64,000 nt of DNA from Chloroflexota bacterium (GCA_034666405.1 JAXDLW010000028.1:3295-67294), one strand, 5' to 3'. Positions 40,268 to 50,590 are shown, counted from the first letter of the stretch. Numbers and translations are program-made. Notes: a model not told the origin generated them from the letters alone.

Positions 40268-40513
40268 ACACAAGCGCTACCTAAGAGGGCACTTTTGATC
40301 TTAGGAGCACCTCCTAATTCACCAACTGCGGCCTGCAGCGCGACCTGCCTCAACTTGTAACAGATGCCCAATAGACCCCAAAAACGGGCAAATTGGTAGC
40401 GCAATTTCGTGCGGATTAGGCAGGTCCAGGCCGGCCCATTTGCCTGTGCTTGCCACCGCCGTTCGAAGTCATATACATGCCGCCGAACCGGCGGCGCGAC
40501 GGCCACCCTTTGG

Positions 40514-41206
40514 TCACCCTGTGGGGGAAAGGGGTACGGGTCCAGGGAGTGGTCTCACCAAAGCGCGGGGTCGGCGTCGGATGACGTACTCAACGACCGC
40601 CAGGTTGATGACCCAGCCCGCGCCCAGCATCAGGCCGGTGGTGATGTCACTGGTGCCTAGGACGGCGTGCCCCACGCCCAGAGTGAATGCCTGGGTGCCG
40701 GCGGCGAGCGCTAGGGCGTAGGCCCGCGCCATCCATGCGCGGTGGCGCTTGACGTCGCCGCGTCGGATCGCGTTGAACCCGAGGATGATGCTGGCGGCCA
40801 TTCCGCTCCCGAATGCCATCCGGAACCCATAGGCCAACACTCCGCCGGGCGAGTGGGGGTAAAACGCTGTCATCCAAAGACCTGAGAACGCCACTGCCAA
40901 GCCCAGCGCCACCAGCGCCCGGCCACCGACCCGGTGCCACGCGGGCCAGCGGCGGCGCAGCCCGGTGGAGAACTGGAAGGCGCCGAGGACGGCGTACAAC
41001 AGGGCGCACGCGATGTGCACTGCCACGGGGATGGGCGAGGCGGTGATACGCGGGTTGGCGGGCATCAGGTGGGGACCGCCGGCCAGCTCTACCAGTCGCA
41101 TAGAGCCGGCGATGGCGGGGACTACGATGACGGCGATCAGTGGGTACGGCACCCACCCGATCGACGGAGTCGACCGGGTGGGGCGCACCGCGGATTGGGC
41201 GGTCAC
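40514..41206 (-). CDS. DUF2306-like membrane protein
   Basis: GAFQF, WHRVGGR, HRAWMARAY. Confidence 0.8.
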   Translation of the reverse strand: MTAQSAVRPTRSTPSIGWVPYPLIAVIVVPAIAGSMRLVELAGGPHLMPANPRITASPIPVAVHIACALLYAVLGAFQFSTGLRRRWPAWHRVGGRALVALGLAVAFSGLWMTAFYPHSPGGVLAYGFRMAFGSGMAASIILGFNAIRRGDVKRHRAWMARAYALALAAGTQAFTLGVGHAVLGTSDITTGLMLGAGWVINLAVVEYVIRRRPRALVRPLPGPVPLSPTG

Positions 41207-41889
41207 CCGGCACCGACCGCAGCGAGCTGCGAGGTGACGGGGTTGGAGACGGGCGAAGTGACCGGCGCGCTGCGCTGGCGCCACAGGGAGTAGCCAAGTC
41301 CGATCATGGCGATGCCAGTGGGAATGGGGAACAGCCTTTCGTATTGAGGCAAGATGGCGGCCCCGATGCTTGCCACGGTTCCGACAGCAAGCAGCGCGGC
41401 TGCCCACCTGGGGAGGACGTTGGCCCGGAACATTGCGATGCCGAACAGCAAGCCGCCGGCCAGGTAGCCGATGCCGGTGAGGTAAATGACGGTCTGCATA
41501 AGGCCGATGTCGCCGATGGCCTTGCCATTGTTAGCTGCGGCAATGAGGTCGGCCGTGTAGGCGGGTGCAGTGTGAGCGAGGGTTGGAAGGACGAAGGCAG
41601 CGACGAAGGCTGTGCAGGCGATGCCGAGGTACCCGGCGGTGAACAGGACAAAGCCGACCAGGCCCAGCACACCCATCTTCGTCACCTGGCGCGCGTACAT
41701 CCCGGTGATGCCAGCCAGGGCCAGCGCGGCCATGAGCAGCTTCAGGCTATCGCGGACGAGCACGTCATTGGTGGTGATCGACCTGATGTCCATATGGGGG
41801 TGCTTGACCTGGACGCCGATGAAGATGAGTCCCGACAGAGCTGCGGCGACTCCCGCAGCTCTGGTGATCTTGGTAGGGGTGATGGTCAT
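41203..41889 (-). CDS. Membrane protein
   Basis: AAGGAG RBS; FGIAMFRANVLPRWAA. Confidence 0.8.
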   Translation of the reverse strand: MTITPTKITRAAGVAAALSGLIFIGVQVKHPHMDIRSITTNDVLVRDSLKLLMAALALAGITGMYARQVTKMGVLGLVGFVLFTAGYLGIACTAFVAAFVLPTLAHTAPAYTADLIAAANNGKAIGDIGLMQTVIYLTGIGYLAGGLLFGIAMFRANVLPRWAAALLAVGTVASIGAAILPQYERLFPIPTGIAMIGLGYSLWRQRSAPVTSPVSNPVTSQLAAVGAG

Positions 41890-41918
41890 GTGGTTCTCCT
41901 TGTGTTGTTGGTTGGTTG

Positions 41919-42083
41919 TCATCTCGACTCCGGACCTCGTCCGAAACGAATCGCCGCGTCGACGCGGGCTTCTCGCCTGGCCGAAACCTCGCAGGCCCAG
42001 ACGAACTCGATGAGCTCCAGCAGTTGGGCATCGAGGGACGTGATTTGGGCATCCTCCGGTGGACCCTTTCGGTCGTCCTTCAT
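41919..42083 (-). CDS. Small hypothetical protein (54 aa)
   Basis: Start overlaps the upstream stop (ATGA); its own stop overlaps the next possible start. Confidence 0.4.
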   Translation of the reverse strand: MKDDRKGPPEDAQITSLDAQLLELIEFVWACEVSARREARVDAAIRFGRGPESR

Positions 42084-42301
42084 TGCTGTCCTGCCGGGAG
42101 TGCTGGCGAAGATGCCAGGGTGATGACCTCGTAGCCGTGGAGGGCCTCGAGGAATGGCTGGACGCTGCCGCGAACGACACAGCGCAGGTGCTGGCGGTCG
42201 ACCACTACGTCGCTGACTCCGGACGCCCGTTCGACCTGTCGCGTGGGCAGCGAGCCCACGAACGTGACCTCGACTCTGTAGATCGGTAGGTGCTGGTTCA
42301 T
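42080..42301 (-). CDS. Small protein resembling an ABC-ATPase C-terminal domain
   Basis: GVSDVVVD..LRCVVRGSVQPFLEAL; leaderless start. Confidence 0.6.
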   Translation of the reverse strand: MNQHLPIYRVEVTFVGSLPTRQVERASGVSDVVVDRQHLRCVVRGSVQPFLEALHGYEVITLASSPALPAGQQ

Positions 42302-42330
42302 ACTGGCTAGCGTGGGTTCTGAGCTCGAAC

Positions 42331-42364
42331 GCGGCATCGGCAGAATTGCTGATTCGATGCATAG
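42331..42364. promoter_or_regulatory. Repeated operator, copy 1
   Basis: GCGGCATCGGCAGAATTGCTGATTCGATGCATAG, 31/34 identical to 46491-46524. Confidence 0.75.
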
Positions 42365-42408
42365 TCGACGGGGGACGAGCGGGCCGGCGGGACAAACTCG
42401 CATACAGG

Positions 42409-44694
42409 ATGGCCAGGCCTAGCCACCGCGTAGGAAACCTCCCCGCAGAGGCAACGACGTTCGTCGGACGCCGACGCGAGCTCAGCGAGATCAGAACGAG
42501 ACTGGCGACCGCCCGCCTGGTCAGCCTCGTCGGGCCGGGCGGTGTGGGCAAGACGCGACTCAGCCTGCGGGCTGGAAGCGACCTCGCACGCGGCTTCTCC
42601 GACGGTGCCTGGTTCGTAGAACTCGCTGAGGTCCGGGACCCTGCGCTGGTACCGAACGCCGTCTCGGCCGCTCTCGACCTCAGGGACCAGGCCTCCACGA
42701 GCCCGATGGCGATCCTCGCCGCATATCTAAAGGACCGACAGCTGCTGCTCATCCTTGACAACTGCGAGCACGTTTTGAGAGCCGCCGGTCAGGTAGTGGC
42801 CGAAATCCTGCGGGCTGCGCCGAAGGTCCGCGTGGTCGCGACCAGCCGCGAGCCGCTCCAGGTGGCGGGAGAGCAGGTCGTAGCTGTGGCGCCGCTCGAG
42901 CTACCCCAGGAGGCCGGCACCGAACCTCTCGCCCAGCTTCGCCAGAACGAAGCGATCGCCCTTTTCACCGAGCGAGCCGTGGCGGCGTCTGGATCGTTCG
43001 AAATCACCAGCGCTAACAGGAGGGCAGCCGTGGCCCTGTGCCGGCGGCTCGACGGTCTGCCTCTGGCGATCGAGCTGGCGGCCGTGCGGACGCGGGTGCT
43101 CAGCGTGGAGCAGATCCTCGTGCGTCTGGGCGACCGCTTCGCGCTCCTCACCGGAGGGGACCGCGCCGCACTCCCCCGCCACCAGACGCTCCGCCTGGCC
43201 ATCGACTGGAGCTTCGACCTGCTTGCCGAGCCGGAACAGGTGCTGATGAGACGCCTCTGCGTCTTCGCGAGTCGCTTCACCCTTGAGGACGTCGAGGGTG
43301 TGTGCATTCTGGATACCGAGCCGAGCGCGGCGGCCCTGGAGCTGGTTGCATCCCTGGTCGACAAGTCGCTGGTGAGCAAGGAGGATATCCACGGCACGGC
43401 CTGTTACCGGCTCCATGAAACGATGCGTGAGTACGCCGGAATCAAGCTCCGTGCGGCAGGTGAGGAGGAGACCCTCGCGCGGCGCTACCTGGAGTTCTAC
43501 GCGAAGTCCGCTCTGCGGTCGGCGGAGGACGGTCGTTACCGACTCATCGAATGGATGCAGTGGGCGGAGTTGGAGATCGACAATATCCGAGCTGCGCTGC
43601 AGCAATGCGTGGTCAGGGAGGACCGCGCCCGCGGACTCGATATCGTCGCCTCCCTGCGCTACTACTGGCTAACGCATGGAACCACCGAGGCCGTTGGCTG
43701 GCTGGATCAGCTGCTGGATTCGGAGGTGGCGTCAGCCTCGGCCCTGTACCTTCGGGGCTGGCTGAGCCTGGCCCAGGCCGATCCCCCGACCGCCAGGCAG
43801 TGGCTGGCGCGAGCGATATCCACCGCACGTGATGAAGGTCAGCTGGTATTGCTGACCGAGGCTTTGTCGATGGCGGTCATCGCTGACCACCTGGCCGGGG
43901 ACGATGCCTCGGCAAAGCTCCACCTCGACGAGGCGGAGGCCGTCGGCGCGGGCCTGAAGACTTACCCCGCGATGATCGAGGTATTACAGGCCCAAGCCGT
44001 CCACGCGATGTTTGACAGTGATTTCGAATCGGTCAGAGCAAAGTCTGCTGAGGGGGTACGCCTGGCCCGCGACGCCGGCGACCTGTACCTACTGGAGGCC
44101 ATGCTGCGAAGCCTGGCCACGGCCGCGATGATGTCGGGCGACACCGCAGCGGCCAACTCGTCGTTCTCGGATGCGCTCCGGGTCGCGCGACGCGTCGACA
44201 ACCGGTTGGCCCAGTCCTACGGCCTTGCGGCGGCCGGCTGGTACGCCGCCACGTCCGGCCATGCCCGCCCCGCGGCCCAGCTGCTTGGGGGGGGCGAGGC
44301 TCTGGCCAGGCAGACCGGGGCGGACATCAGCGGACCGTCCATACCGTACGTTGTGAAGGCGCGGGAGGCTGCGGTAACGGAACTCGGTGCCGTCGCCTTC
44401 GACGCTGAATTCACGGCGGGAAAGCAGCTCAGCCGAGAGGAGGCCGTACGGCTGGCGCTGGGGGAATCCGGGATGGAAAATGCGGGCGCAGTCGATGCCC
44501 CGGCGGCGGGACCGCTCGCCCGGCGGGAGATGGAGGTCTCGAAGTTGATCGCCGAGGGCCTGACCAACAAGCAGATCGGGGCGCAGTTGTTCATCTCAGA
44601 GCGAACCGTCGCGAGCCACGTCCGCAGCATCATGGACAAGCTTGGGTTCAACAGCCGCGCCCAGATCGCCGTCTGGATGACGACGCCCGCCTAG
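42409..44694 (+). CDS. ATPase-TPR-LuxR HTH (STAND/LAL-type) regulator
   Basis: GPGGVGKT, LDNCEH, LDGLPLAIELAA, C-terminal GLTNKQI..ISERTV. Confidence 0.92.
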   Translation: MARPSHRVGNLPAEATTFVGRRRELSEIRTRLATARLVSLVGPGGVGKTRLSLRAGSDLARGFSDGAWFVELAEVRDPALVPNAVSAALDLRDQASTSPMAILAAYLKDRQLLLILDNCEHVLRAAGQVVAEILRAAPKVRVVATSREPLQVAGEQVVAVAPLELPQEAGTEPLAQLRQNEAIALFTERAVAASGSFEITSANRRAAVALCRRLDGLPLAIELAAVRTRVLSVEQILVRLGDRFALLTGGDRAALPRHQTLRLAIDWSFDLLAEPEQVLMRRLCVFASRFTLEDVEGVCILDTEPSAAALELVASLVDKSLVSKEDIHGTACYRLHETMREYAGIKLRAAGEEETLARRYLEFYAKSALRSAEDGRYRLIEWMQWAELEIDNIRAALQQCVVREDRARGLDIVASLRYYWLTHGTTEAVGWLDQLLDSEVASASALYLRGWLSLAQADPPTARQWLARAISTARDEGQLVLLTEALSMAVIADHLAGDDASAKLHLDEAEAVGAGLKTYPAMIEVLQAQAVHAMFDSDFESVRAKSAEGVRLARDAGDLYLLEAMLRSLATAAMMSGDTAAANSSFSDALRVARRVDNRLAQSYGLAAAGWYAATSGHARPAAQLLGGGEALARQTGADISGPSIPYVVKAREAAVTELGAVAFDAEFTAGKQLSREEAVRLALGESGMENAGAVDAPAAGPLARREMEVSKLIAEGLTNKQIGAQLFISERTVASHVRSIMDKLGFNSRAQIAVWMTTPA

Positions 44695-44716
44695 GCTGAC
44701 GGGCGTCCCAGGCAAC

Positions 44717-45538
44717 TCAGGTCACGTCCCTGAGCCTCAGAAGCCCTGCAGAGAGCACCACGAATCCGACGACGTAAGCGCCCAAGACAAGTACTGCCTG
44801 TCCGGACCCGATGGCCGGCGCCGGCATCGGGCCGAAAGCTGGCGAGGTGAAGGACTGGAGCAGGGCGCCCGCATTCTGTCCGACGAACAGCTTCGCGATC
44901 CATTTGTAGGCACCGTCGTTGAGGCTGCCGATGACACTCACGCCGAGAAGCTCCACTGCCAGAACGTAGACCAGGCCGACGCTGATGGCGGCCGCGGAGT
45001 GGCGGAGCAGGACGCCGAGCGTCATGCCCAGCGCCCCGTTTGCCATGAAGACCAGCCAGACGGCTCCAAGACCCGTGAAGATGGTCTGCACTGCCGGCCA
45101 TGCGATCCCGTGACCCTCGGATGAGGCCACGATGAGACTGCTGGCGGCGCCGGTGGTGAAGAGGACGATGGCCATGACGACCATCCAAGCTCCGAAGACG
45201 ACGACCCGGCCGGCCCAGTTCGTGAGGCGCCCAGGGCCCTGTGTCAGCGTGGTCTTGGTGGTACCCCACGCGTATTCCGACCCGGTGAGCAGGGCCCCGA
45301 GCACGACCGCCATGACCTCGCCGAGGAACAGGCCGGGGTTCATCACATTGTTGACGAACTCGTGCGGGTAGAGAGAGAGGAGCGACACGCCCTGGCTCTG
45401 TTTGGCGCCAGGGTGAAGCGCCAGGTACCAGACGAAGCCGTAGACCGCCACGGTGATCGCGGCGACGGCACCAAGGGACAAGAGGAAAGCGGGCCGGGAA
45501 CGGCTCTTGCGCCATTCGGCTTTGATGGTTGCGATCAT
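44717..45538 (-). CDS. ABC-2 type permease
   Basis: GSEYAWGT, six TMs, RLRDVT end. Confidence 0.88.
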   Translation of the reverse strand: MIATIKAEWRKSRSRPAFLLSLGAVAAITVAVYGFVWYLALHPGAKQSQGVSLLSLYPHEFVNNVMNPGLFLGEVMAVVLGALLTGSEYAWGTTKTTLTQGPGRLTNWAGRVVVFGAWMVVMAIVLFTTGAASSLIVASSEGHGIAWPAVQTIFTGLGAVWLVFMANGALGMTLGVLLRHSAAAISVGLVYVLAVELLGVSVIGSLNDGAYKWIAKLFVGQNAGALLQSFTSPAFGPMPAPAIGSGQAVLVLGAYVVGFVVLSAGLLRLRDVT

Positions 45539-46461
45539 GATCCTTGCTTATCTCCTGTGAGCTGGAAGAAGACGTCCTCCAGCGAACGGTCCAATGGACG
45601 GAGCTCGCTGACGCCGATGCCGGATGCGGTCAACTGCCGGTTGATCTCCAGGCTCTGCCCTGGGTCTGTCCTGACGTTGAAATGGCCGTTCTCGCGGACG
45701 ACGGCCGCGGTCCCGAACATGCGCGTGAGCACCTCCTGTGCGCGGTCCGATGAGTCGGCCCGGACGAAAACGCCCTCGTCGCCAAGCAGGTCCTCCACCG
45801 TGGACTCCCGCACGAGCTTGCCGTTGGCGATCACCCCGACGCGGTCACAGGTCTGCTGGACTTCGCCGAGCAGGTGGCTGGAGATCAGAACGGTCCGGTC
45901 TCCCTGGCCGGTCTGGGTGATGAGCTTGCGCATCTCGGCCATGCCCTGCGGGTCGAGTCCATTCGTAGGCTCGTCCAGGATCAGCAGGTCCGGGTCCTTG
46001 AGCAGGGCCGCTGCGACCCCGATCCGCATCCTCATGCCAGTCGAGTAGGTTCCGAATTTGCGCCCGGCGCGTGATGTCATCTCTATAAGGTCGAGGACCT
46101 CGTCGACCCGCTTCTGGCTCACGCTGGCCAGGTCGGCGACGACGCGCAGGTTGTGGCGGCCCGAGAGGTACGGGTAGAAGCCGGGCCCTTCGATGAGGCA
46201 TCCGATCTTCGCCAGCCCCGCCGGGTCGCCGGGTGGGTGGCCGGCGATCTTGATGGTTCCCGATGTCGCGCCGATGAGGCCGACGAGCATCCGGAGCGTC
46301 GTGGTTTTTCCAGCCCCGTTGGGGCCGAGGAATCCGTAGACCTCGCCGCGTCTGACTGTCATATCGACACCATCAACCGCGAGGAATCCGCTTCCGAATC
46401 GCTTGCTGAGACCGCGGGCCTCGAGAATCGCTTCGTGTTGGTTTATCGAGTTGTCGTTCAT
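45535..46461 (-). CDS. ABC transporter ATP-binding protein
   Basis: GPNGAGKT, YSTGM, ILDEPTNG. Confidence 0.93.
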   Translation of the reverse strand: MNDNSINQHEAILEARGLSKRFGSGFLAVDGVDMTVRRGEVYGFLGPNGAGKTTTLRMLVGLIGATSGTIKIAGHPPGDPAGLAKIGCLIEGPGFYPYLSGRHNLRVVADLASVSQKRVDEVLDLIEMTSRAGRKFGTYSTGMRMRIGVAAALLKDPDLLILDEPTNGLDPQGMAEMRKLITQTGQGDRTVLISSHLLGEVQQTCDRVGVIANGKLVRESTVEDLLGDEGVFVRADSSDRAQEVLTRMFGTAAVVRENGHFNVRTDPGQSLEINRQLTASGIGVSELRPLDRSLEDVFFQLTGDKQGS

Positions 46462-46490
46462 GTTGGCCAGCGTGACGCAGCCGGGGAAGC

Positions 46491-46524
46491 GCGGCATCGG
46501 CAGAATTGCTGAGTCGGTGCGTAG
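46491..46524. promoter_or_regulatory. Repeated operator, copy 2
   Basis: Same 30-nt offset from the ATG as copy 1. Confidence 0.75.
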
Positions 46525-46573
46525 GGCAGACAGGAAGCGCCCTATCTGCGCCCGCAGGGCGCAGACTTGACCC

Positions 46574-47845
46574 TTGAAGCTCCGACCTGCCACCGAGGCT
46601 GCTCTGCCCCTTCAGCCTCCGGCGGTAGCCCGGGTCGGCTGGGGCTTCATCTCGCTCTACGCGATGGCGTTCATGAGTACCAGCCTGGTGTTCATCGCGC
46701 CGCTGCTGGTCACGCTGCCCCTGAAGATCAACGCCCTCGTGGGGATCGGACGGGCACCGGCCAGCCTGGCGCTGGTAGCCGGGGTCGGCGCCCTGGTGGC
46801 CATGGTCGGCAATCCGTTCTTCGGCAGGATGAGCGACCGGACCACGTCGCCGCTGGGCATGCGGCGACCGTGGATGGTCATCGGTCTGGTCGGTGGTTGT
46901 CTGGGAATACTGATCGTCGCGCTGGCGCCAAGCATCCCGGTGGTCCTCGTCGGCTGGTGTACCGCGCAGCTGTTCTTCAACGCTCTGCTGGCCGCACAGG
47001 TGGCGGTGCTGCCCGACCAGGTGCCCGTCGCTCAACGCGGTCTGGTCTCTGGGGTCCTCGGCGTCTGCCTGCCGGTCGCGGCCGTCGGCGGCACCCTGCT
47101 CGTGAAATTGCTCACCGGCAACCAGCTGGCCACCTTCCTGGTGCCATGCCTGGTGGGAGGGTTCTTCGTCCTCCTTTTCGCGGTCCGGCTCAAGGATCGC
47201 CGGCTCGCCACCATCGACCGGCCAACCTGGTCGCTCCGTGAGTTCGCAACCACGTTCTACGTCAAGCCTCGGACCAGCCCCGATTTCGCCTGGGCATTCG
47301 CCAGCCGCTTCATGTTCCTGATGGCGTATGCCTTCTTGACGACGTACCAGGTGTACTTCCTGCTCGACAAGATCGGCACCTCAAAGTCCGACGTGCCCCA
47401 GCAGATATTCCTGGGGACGCTCGCCCAATCCGCCGTCGTCGTCCTGGCATCGCTGATTGGAGGAAAGCTCTCCGACTGGACTGGACGGCGAAAGATCTTT
47501 GTCTTCACCGCCTCACTCGTCTACGGCCTGGCTATGTTCGCGGTCGCGGTCGCGACGAACTTCAATGGCTTCCTGGTCGGGATGGCCATCAGCGGACTCG
47601 GTTTCGGCATGTACGTCGCTGTCGACCTGGCCCTCGTCGCGGACGTGCTACCCAAGCGAGCCGACGCCGCCAAGGATCTCGGTGTGTTCAACATAGCCGG
47701 CGCACTCCCCTTCTCCATCGCGCCGGCGCTCGCGCCGATCATCCTCTTGATCGGCCGGGGAAGCTATAGCGTGCTGTATGCGGTCGCAGGCGTCTGCGCG
47801 ATCATCGGGGCGGTCGCCATCCTGCGCGTGAGAGGGGTGCGGTGA
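46574..47845 (+). CDS. MFS transporter
   Basis: [24 protein letters not shown], 12 TMs. Confidence 0.9.
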   Translation: MKLRPATEAALPLQPPAVARVGWGFISLYAMAFMSTSLVFIAPLLVTLPLKINALVGIGRAPASLALVAGVGALVAMVGNPFFGRMSDRTTSPLGMRRPWMVIGLVGGCLGILIVALAPSIPVVLVGWCTAQLFFNALLAAQVAVLPDQVPVAQRGLVSGVLGVCLPVAAVGGTLLVKLLTGNQLATFLVPCLVGGFFVLLFAVRLKDRRLATIDRPTWSLREFATTFYVKPRTSPDFAWAFASRFMFLMAYAFLTTYQVYFLLDKIGTSKSDVPQQIFLGTLAQSAVVVLASLIGGKLSDWTGRRKIFVFTASLVYGLAMFAVAVATNFNGFLVGMAISGLGFGMYVAVDLALVADVLPKRADAAKDLGVFNIAGALPFSIAPALAPIILLIGRGSYSVLYAVAGVCAIIGAVAILRVRGVR

Positions 47846-47863
47846 CCGGTCGCGCGGATCCGC

Positions 47864-47992
47864 TCACGAAGGGGCTAGCGTAAGCAGGCCGTTCCCGGTC
47901 TTCTGTTGCGTCTCGACGTATCGCGTGGCTTCGATGACCTCAGCCAGTAGATAGGGGCGATCTGTGACCGCCCGGTACCTCCCGTTCTCCAT
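47864..47992 (-). pseudogene. C-terminal fragment of an MDR-family (quinone oxidoreductase-like) dehydrogenase
   Basis: GRYRAVTDRPYLLAEVIEATRYVETQQKTGN. Confidence 0.55.
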
Positions 47993-48727
47993 GAGCAACC
48001 TCGACGGGCACGTGCCCATCGATGAGGCGGTGGGCACCCCAGAACTCGAAGTAGGTCCGGATCACGAGCTGTTCAACCACCTCCAGGTTGGGGCTTTCGG
48101 GGAGGACTGAAGTCTTCTGCGCCGCCTCCATTCGCTTGAACCCGCGGTCCGCCTCCCGCTGGACCTGGCCCAGCGTCCACTTGCCGCTCTTGATCTCCTT
48201 GAGCTCCTCGGCGTCGATGTTCGTCCGGTCGACGTGGAGCTCGCCGGTCTCCATCAGTTCGCAACCCATGCGCAGCAGCCGCAGGCAGTGCGCGGCGTTC
48301 TTTAGGTCATAGCCATGGCGGAGGAAGAGCTCCTTGCGCTCGCGGCCCATGTACCCGCGGGTGTTCGGAGAGCCAAGCCGGTGCAGGACGCATCGCTCCG
48401 GCAGCCAGAACATCCCCATGACGTTGGGATTGCCCTTGATCAGCAGCTTGGTGAACTTCTTGACCGTGTATGAGAGACCACGTCCAGTTCGTCCTTGTGC
48501 CAAACCCAGTGCTCGAACTCCTTCAGGCCCAGGATCGCCTCCGGCGGCGGCACCACGGCCATCATGATGTCGACGTCATCGATGTGGAGCGGATCCGCCT
48601 TGGGGACGTAGGTGCCGTGACTGATCGAGTCCATGTTGGCCGCGATCAGGCATTCGTTGATCGGATCCCAGGGGTGAGGGAAGGCAGCCTGAACTCGGAC
48701 CTTCCAGTCGGACGGCGCCAGATTCAT
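47940..48727 (-). pseudogene. Disrupted Pol-beta-superfamily nucleotidyltransferase (Nuc-transf/RlaP-like)
   Basis: DSISHGT..DDVD, KGNPN, GYDLKNAAHCLRLLRMG. Frameshift at a TCTC duplication near 48470; apparent internal deletion. Confidence 0.75.
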
Positions 48728-48814
48728 GCGGCGGAGCCTACGGGGTCCTGCGGCCCCGAGGTGTACTCCGCCTACTCGAAGAATCGCCTCGGCACCACCA
48801 CGGTACCAATCGGT

Positions 48815-48859
48815 TGGTCGGGGAGGCGGGATTTGAACCCGCGACCCCCTGCTCCCAAA
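48815..48859 (-). repeat. 3' half of tRNA-Pro(TGG) ending in CCA, attR-like copy
   Basis: Anticodon loop through ...CTCCCCGACCA. Confidence 0.9.
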
Positions 48860-49034
48860 TTACTTGCGCTACGAAACGGACCAGTTTTGAGTTCAGGAGC
48901 AGCACCTAATCCAACGAAAGCCGCCTGTAGGACGGCATGCTTAATTTTGTGACGATCGCCTAATACAGGTTCATGGGGCCTTCAGAACGGTTCATCCGGC
49001 CGGTTGAATGAGGCTCCCGCTGCGCATCGGAGAA

Positions 49035-49250
49035 TCACCGCGAAGCGAGCTTCTCTAAGAGCCTGCGGTTCCTTTGGAGCGAAGCGCGCAACCGCGCCTG
49101 GAATGCCTTGTCCTTGCGTCGGCTCTCGATATGACCCCCGATCGCCTGCCGTACGGCCTCGGCGACGGACATGCCGTCGGTCGCGGCGACCGCCTCCAAC
49201 TCGGCCGCCTGCTCAGCTGGCAGCCGCACCGTCATCGACTTGTCTGCCAT
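49035..49250 (-). CDS. Ribbon-helix-helix antitoxin-like protein
   Basis: KSMTVRLP...GMSVAEAVRQAI; upstream inverted repeat TGCCACC/GGTGGCA overlapping a TAGCGT -10. Confidence 0.8.
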   Translation of the reverse strand: MADKSMTVRLPAEQAAELEAVAATDGMSVAEAVRQAIGGHIESRRKDKAFQARLRASLQRNRRLLEKLASR

Positions 49251-49302
49251 GCCACCACGCTACCACGGTGGCACCCTCGAAACCGTCGGCTGTGGGTCTA
49301 AG

Positions 49303-49515
49303 TCACTGAGCGGCTGCGGTCTGCGCGGAACAGACGCTCGAACTCCGCCACAATCCCACCAGCATGCTTCCGGCCAGAAGGAGCACGCCGGTAACTGCTA
49401 GAGGAACCGTCAGCCAGTCGTAAGGGCCGCCGCTCGCCAGGACGCCGACAAGCGCCAATCCAAAGCCCAGAACCAGGACCAGAACGCGAACGTAGAAGAG
49501 CGAGCGCCGGCTCAT
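49303..49515 (-). CDS. Small two-TM protein
   Basis: Two hydrophobic helices. Confidence 0.5.
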   Translation of the reverse strand: MSRRSLFYVRVLVLVLGFGLALVGVLASGGPYDWLTVPLAVTGVLLLAGSMLVGLWRSSSVCSAQTAAAQ

Positions 49516-49569
49516 GGTCACTCGCACAGGCGCTTGGGCAACCCGCGTGCGAACCTGAGCAAAGAAGAC

Positions 49570-49905
49570 CTATTCGGTTGACGACGCCGGGATGGGCAGT
49601 GACACTCGTTCGTCACCGAAGACCGCCGCAACCTCGAGCTTTCCGTCGATCGCCTCCAGATAGGCAGCAAGAGTTCCGAGATCCACGACCTCCTGGTGCT
49701 CAATCCGGGACACATTGCCCTGTGTTCTGTTCAGGCGTTCCGCAACGGCGCTCTGAGTTAGTGCCTGCTGCTCCCGAAGACGCTGAAGCGCCTCACCGAT
49801 ACTGTACGCCGCCAGATCAGCGTCGACCCGCCCCCGCCGGGCTGGGTTCTCGTCGATTTCCCTGGCCAGCTCGCTGAACTTACCGTGCCTCTTCATGACT
49901 GCCAT
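49570..49905 (-). CDS. HigA-like XRE antitoxin
   Basis: LTQSAVAERL..TQGNVSRIE; coupled to the toxin gene. Confidence 0.85.
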   Translation of the reverse strand: MAVMKRHGKFSELAREIDENPARRGRVDADLAAYSIGEALQRLREQQALTQSAVAERLNRTQGNVSRIEHQEVVDLGTLAAYLEAIDGKLEVAAVFGDERVSLPIPASSTE

Positions 49906-50261
49906 CAGAGTTCTCCTTCGGATCTGAGTTCATCCAGGTATTCGTCGTAAAGGCCCTCAGCCTTGGGCACGTTCTCCGCATACCAGGTGTTCCACTGGCC
50001 GGCTTTGTCGCCACCAAGGAGCAGAACGGCGGTACGGCGCGGGTCAAACACGAACAGGATCCTGATGGAGCTCCCAAGGGGCCTGAGCTCCTTCAGATTC
50101 GAGACGGATGAATACACCAGGGTGTCCACCAAGGGTCGCCCCAAGGTCGGCCCATCCTGCACGAGCTTCTCCACGGCCGCACGAATCCGCTCTTGATCCC
50201 GACCGCTGACTGTCTCGTACCACCGTCTGAACTCCTCCGTGACCTCAGGGTCGCGGTCCAT
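49905..50261 (-). CDS. RelE/HigB-like toxin
   Basis: GPTLGRPLVDT, LKELRP, IRILFVFDPRR, LLLGGDK. Confidence 0.88.
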   Translation of the reverse strand: MDRDPEVTEEFRRWYETVSGRDQERIRAAVEKLVQDGPTLGRPLVDTLVYSSVSNLKELRPLGSSIRILFVFDPRRTAVLLLGGDKAGQWNTWYAENVPKAEGLYDEYLDELRSEGEL

Positions 50262-50270
50262 TAGCTCCGC

Positions 50271-50299
50271 ATAGTATCAGGCCGGCATAATATCTGCAA
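50271..50299 (-). promoter_or_regulatory. Sigma-70 promoter of the higBA-like operon
   Basis: TTGCAG-17 nt-TACTAT, overlapped by direct repeats GCATAGTATC/GCATAATATC. Confidence 0.7.
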
Positions 50300-50332
50300 G
50301 CCGGCCGAGGGTCTCCCAAGACATCCCACACC

Positions 50333-50575
50333 CTACCTGGATGCCCCGTCGTGATCACGGAGGAGCCTCAGGGCTTTGGCGTGTTTCTCGACCATCTTCC
50401 CTGCAAGAACGTCGATCCCTTCCGTGAGGTCGCCTGCCCGGAGCATGCGTATCTCCCCCGTGGGATCGCGCTCGACGAGGACATAGGCTCCGGGTCCAAA
50501 ACCCGACTCCTCCCACTGCTTGGGCAGGGCGACCATGTTGCTGTTCCCGATGCGGCGAATCTTGAGCATCTTCAT
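50333..50575 (-). CDS. AbrB/MazE-type antitoxin
   Basis: LKIRRIGNSNMVALPK. Confidence 0.82.
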   Translation of the reverse strand: MKMLKIRRIGNSNMVALPKQWEESGFGPGAYVLVERDPTGEIRMLRAGDLTEGIDVLAGKMVEKHAKALRLLRDHDGASR

Positions 50576-50590
50576 GCCGAATTCTATCCA

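Larger units (their letters stand above)
40268..48814. mobile_element. Decayed genomic island A at tRNA-Pro
   Basis: Bounded by two 3' tRNA halves; carries an att-like arm and pseudogenes; no integrase seen. Confidence 0.7.

Noticed and set aside
40400-40506. Possible integrase C-terminal remnant (RRHVY)
   Set aside because: Too short, with no upstream catalytic motifs.
48440-48503. Programmed frameshift in the nucleotidyltransferase
   Set aside because: Accompanied by a motif substitution and an apparent deletion, so decay is more likely.
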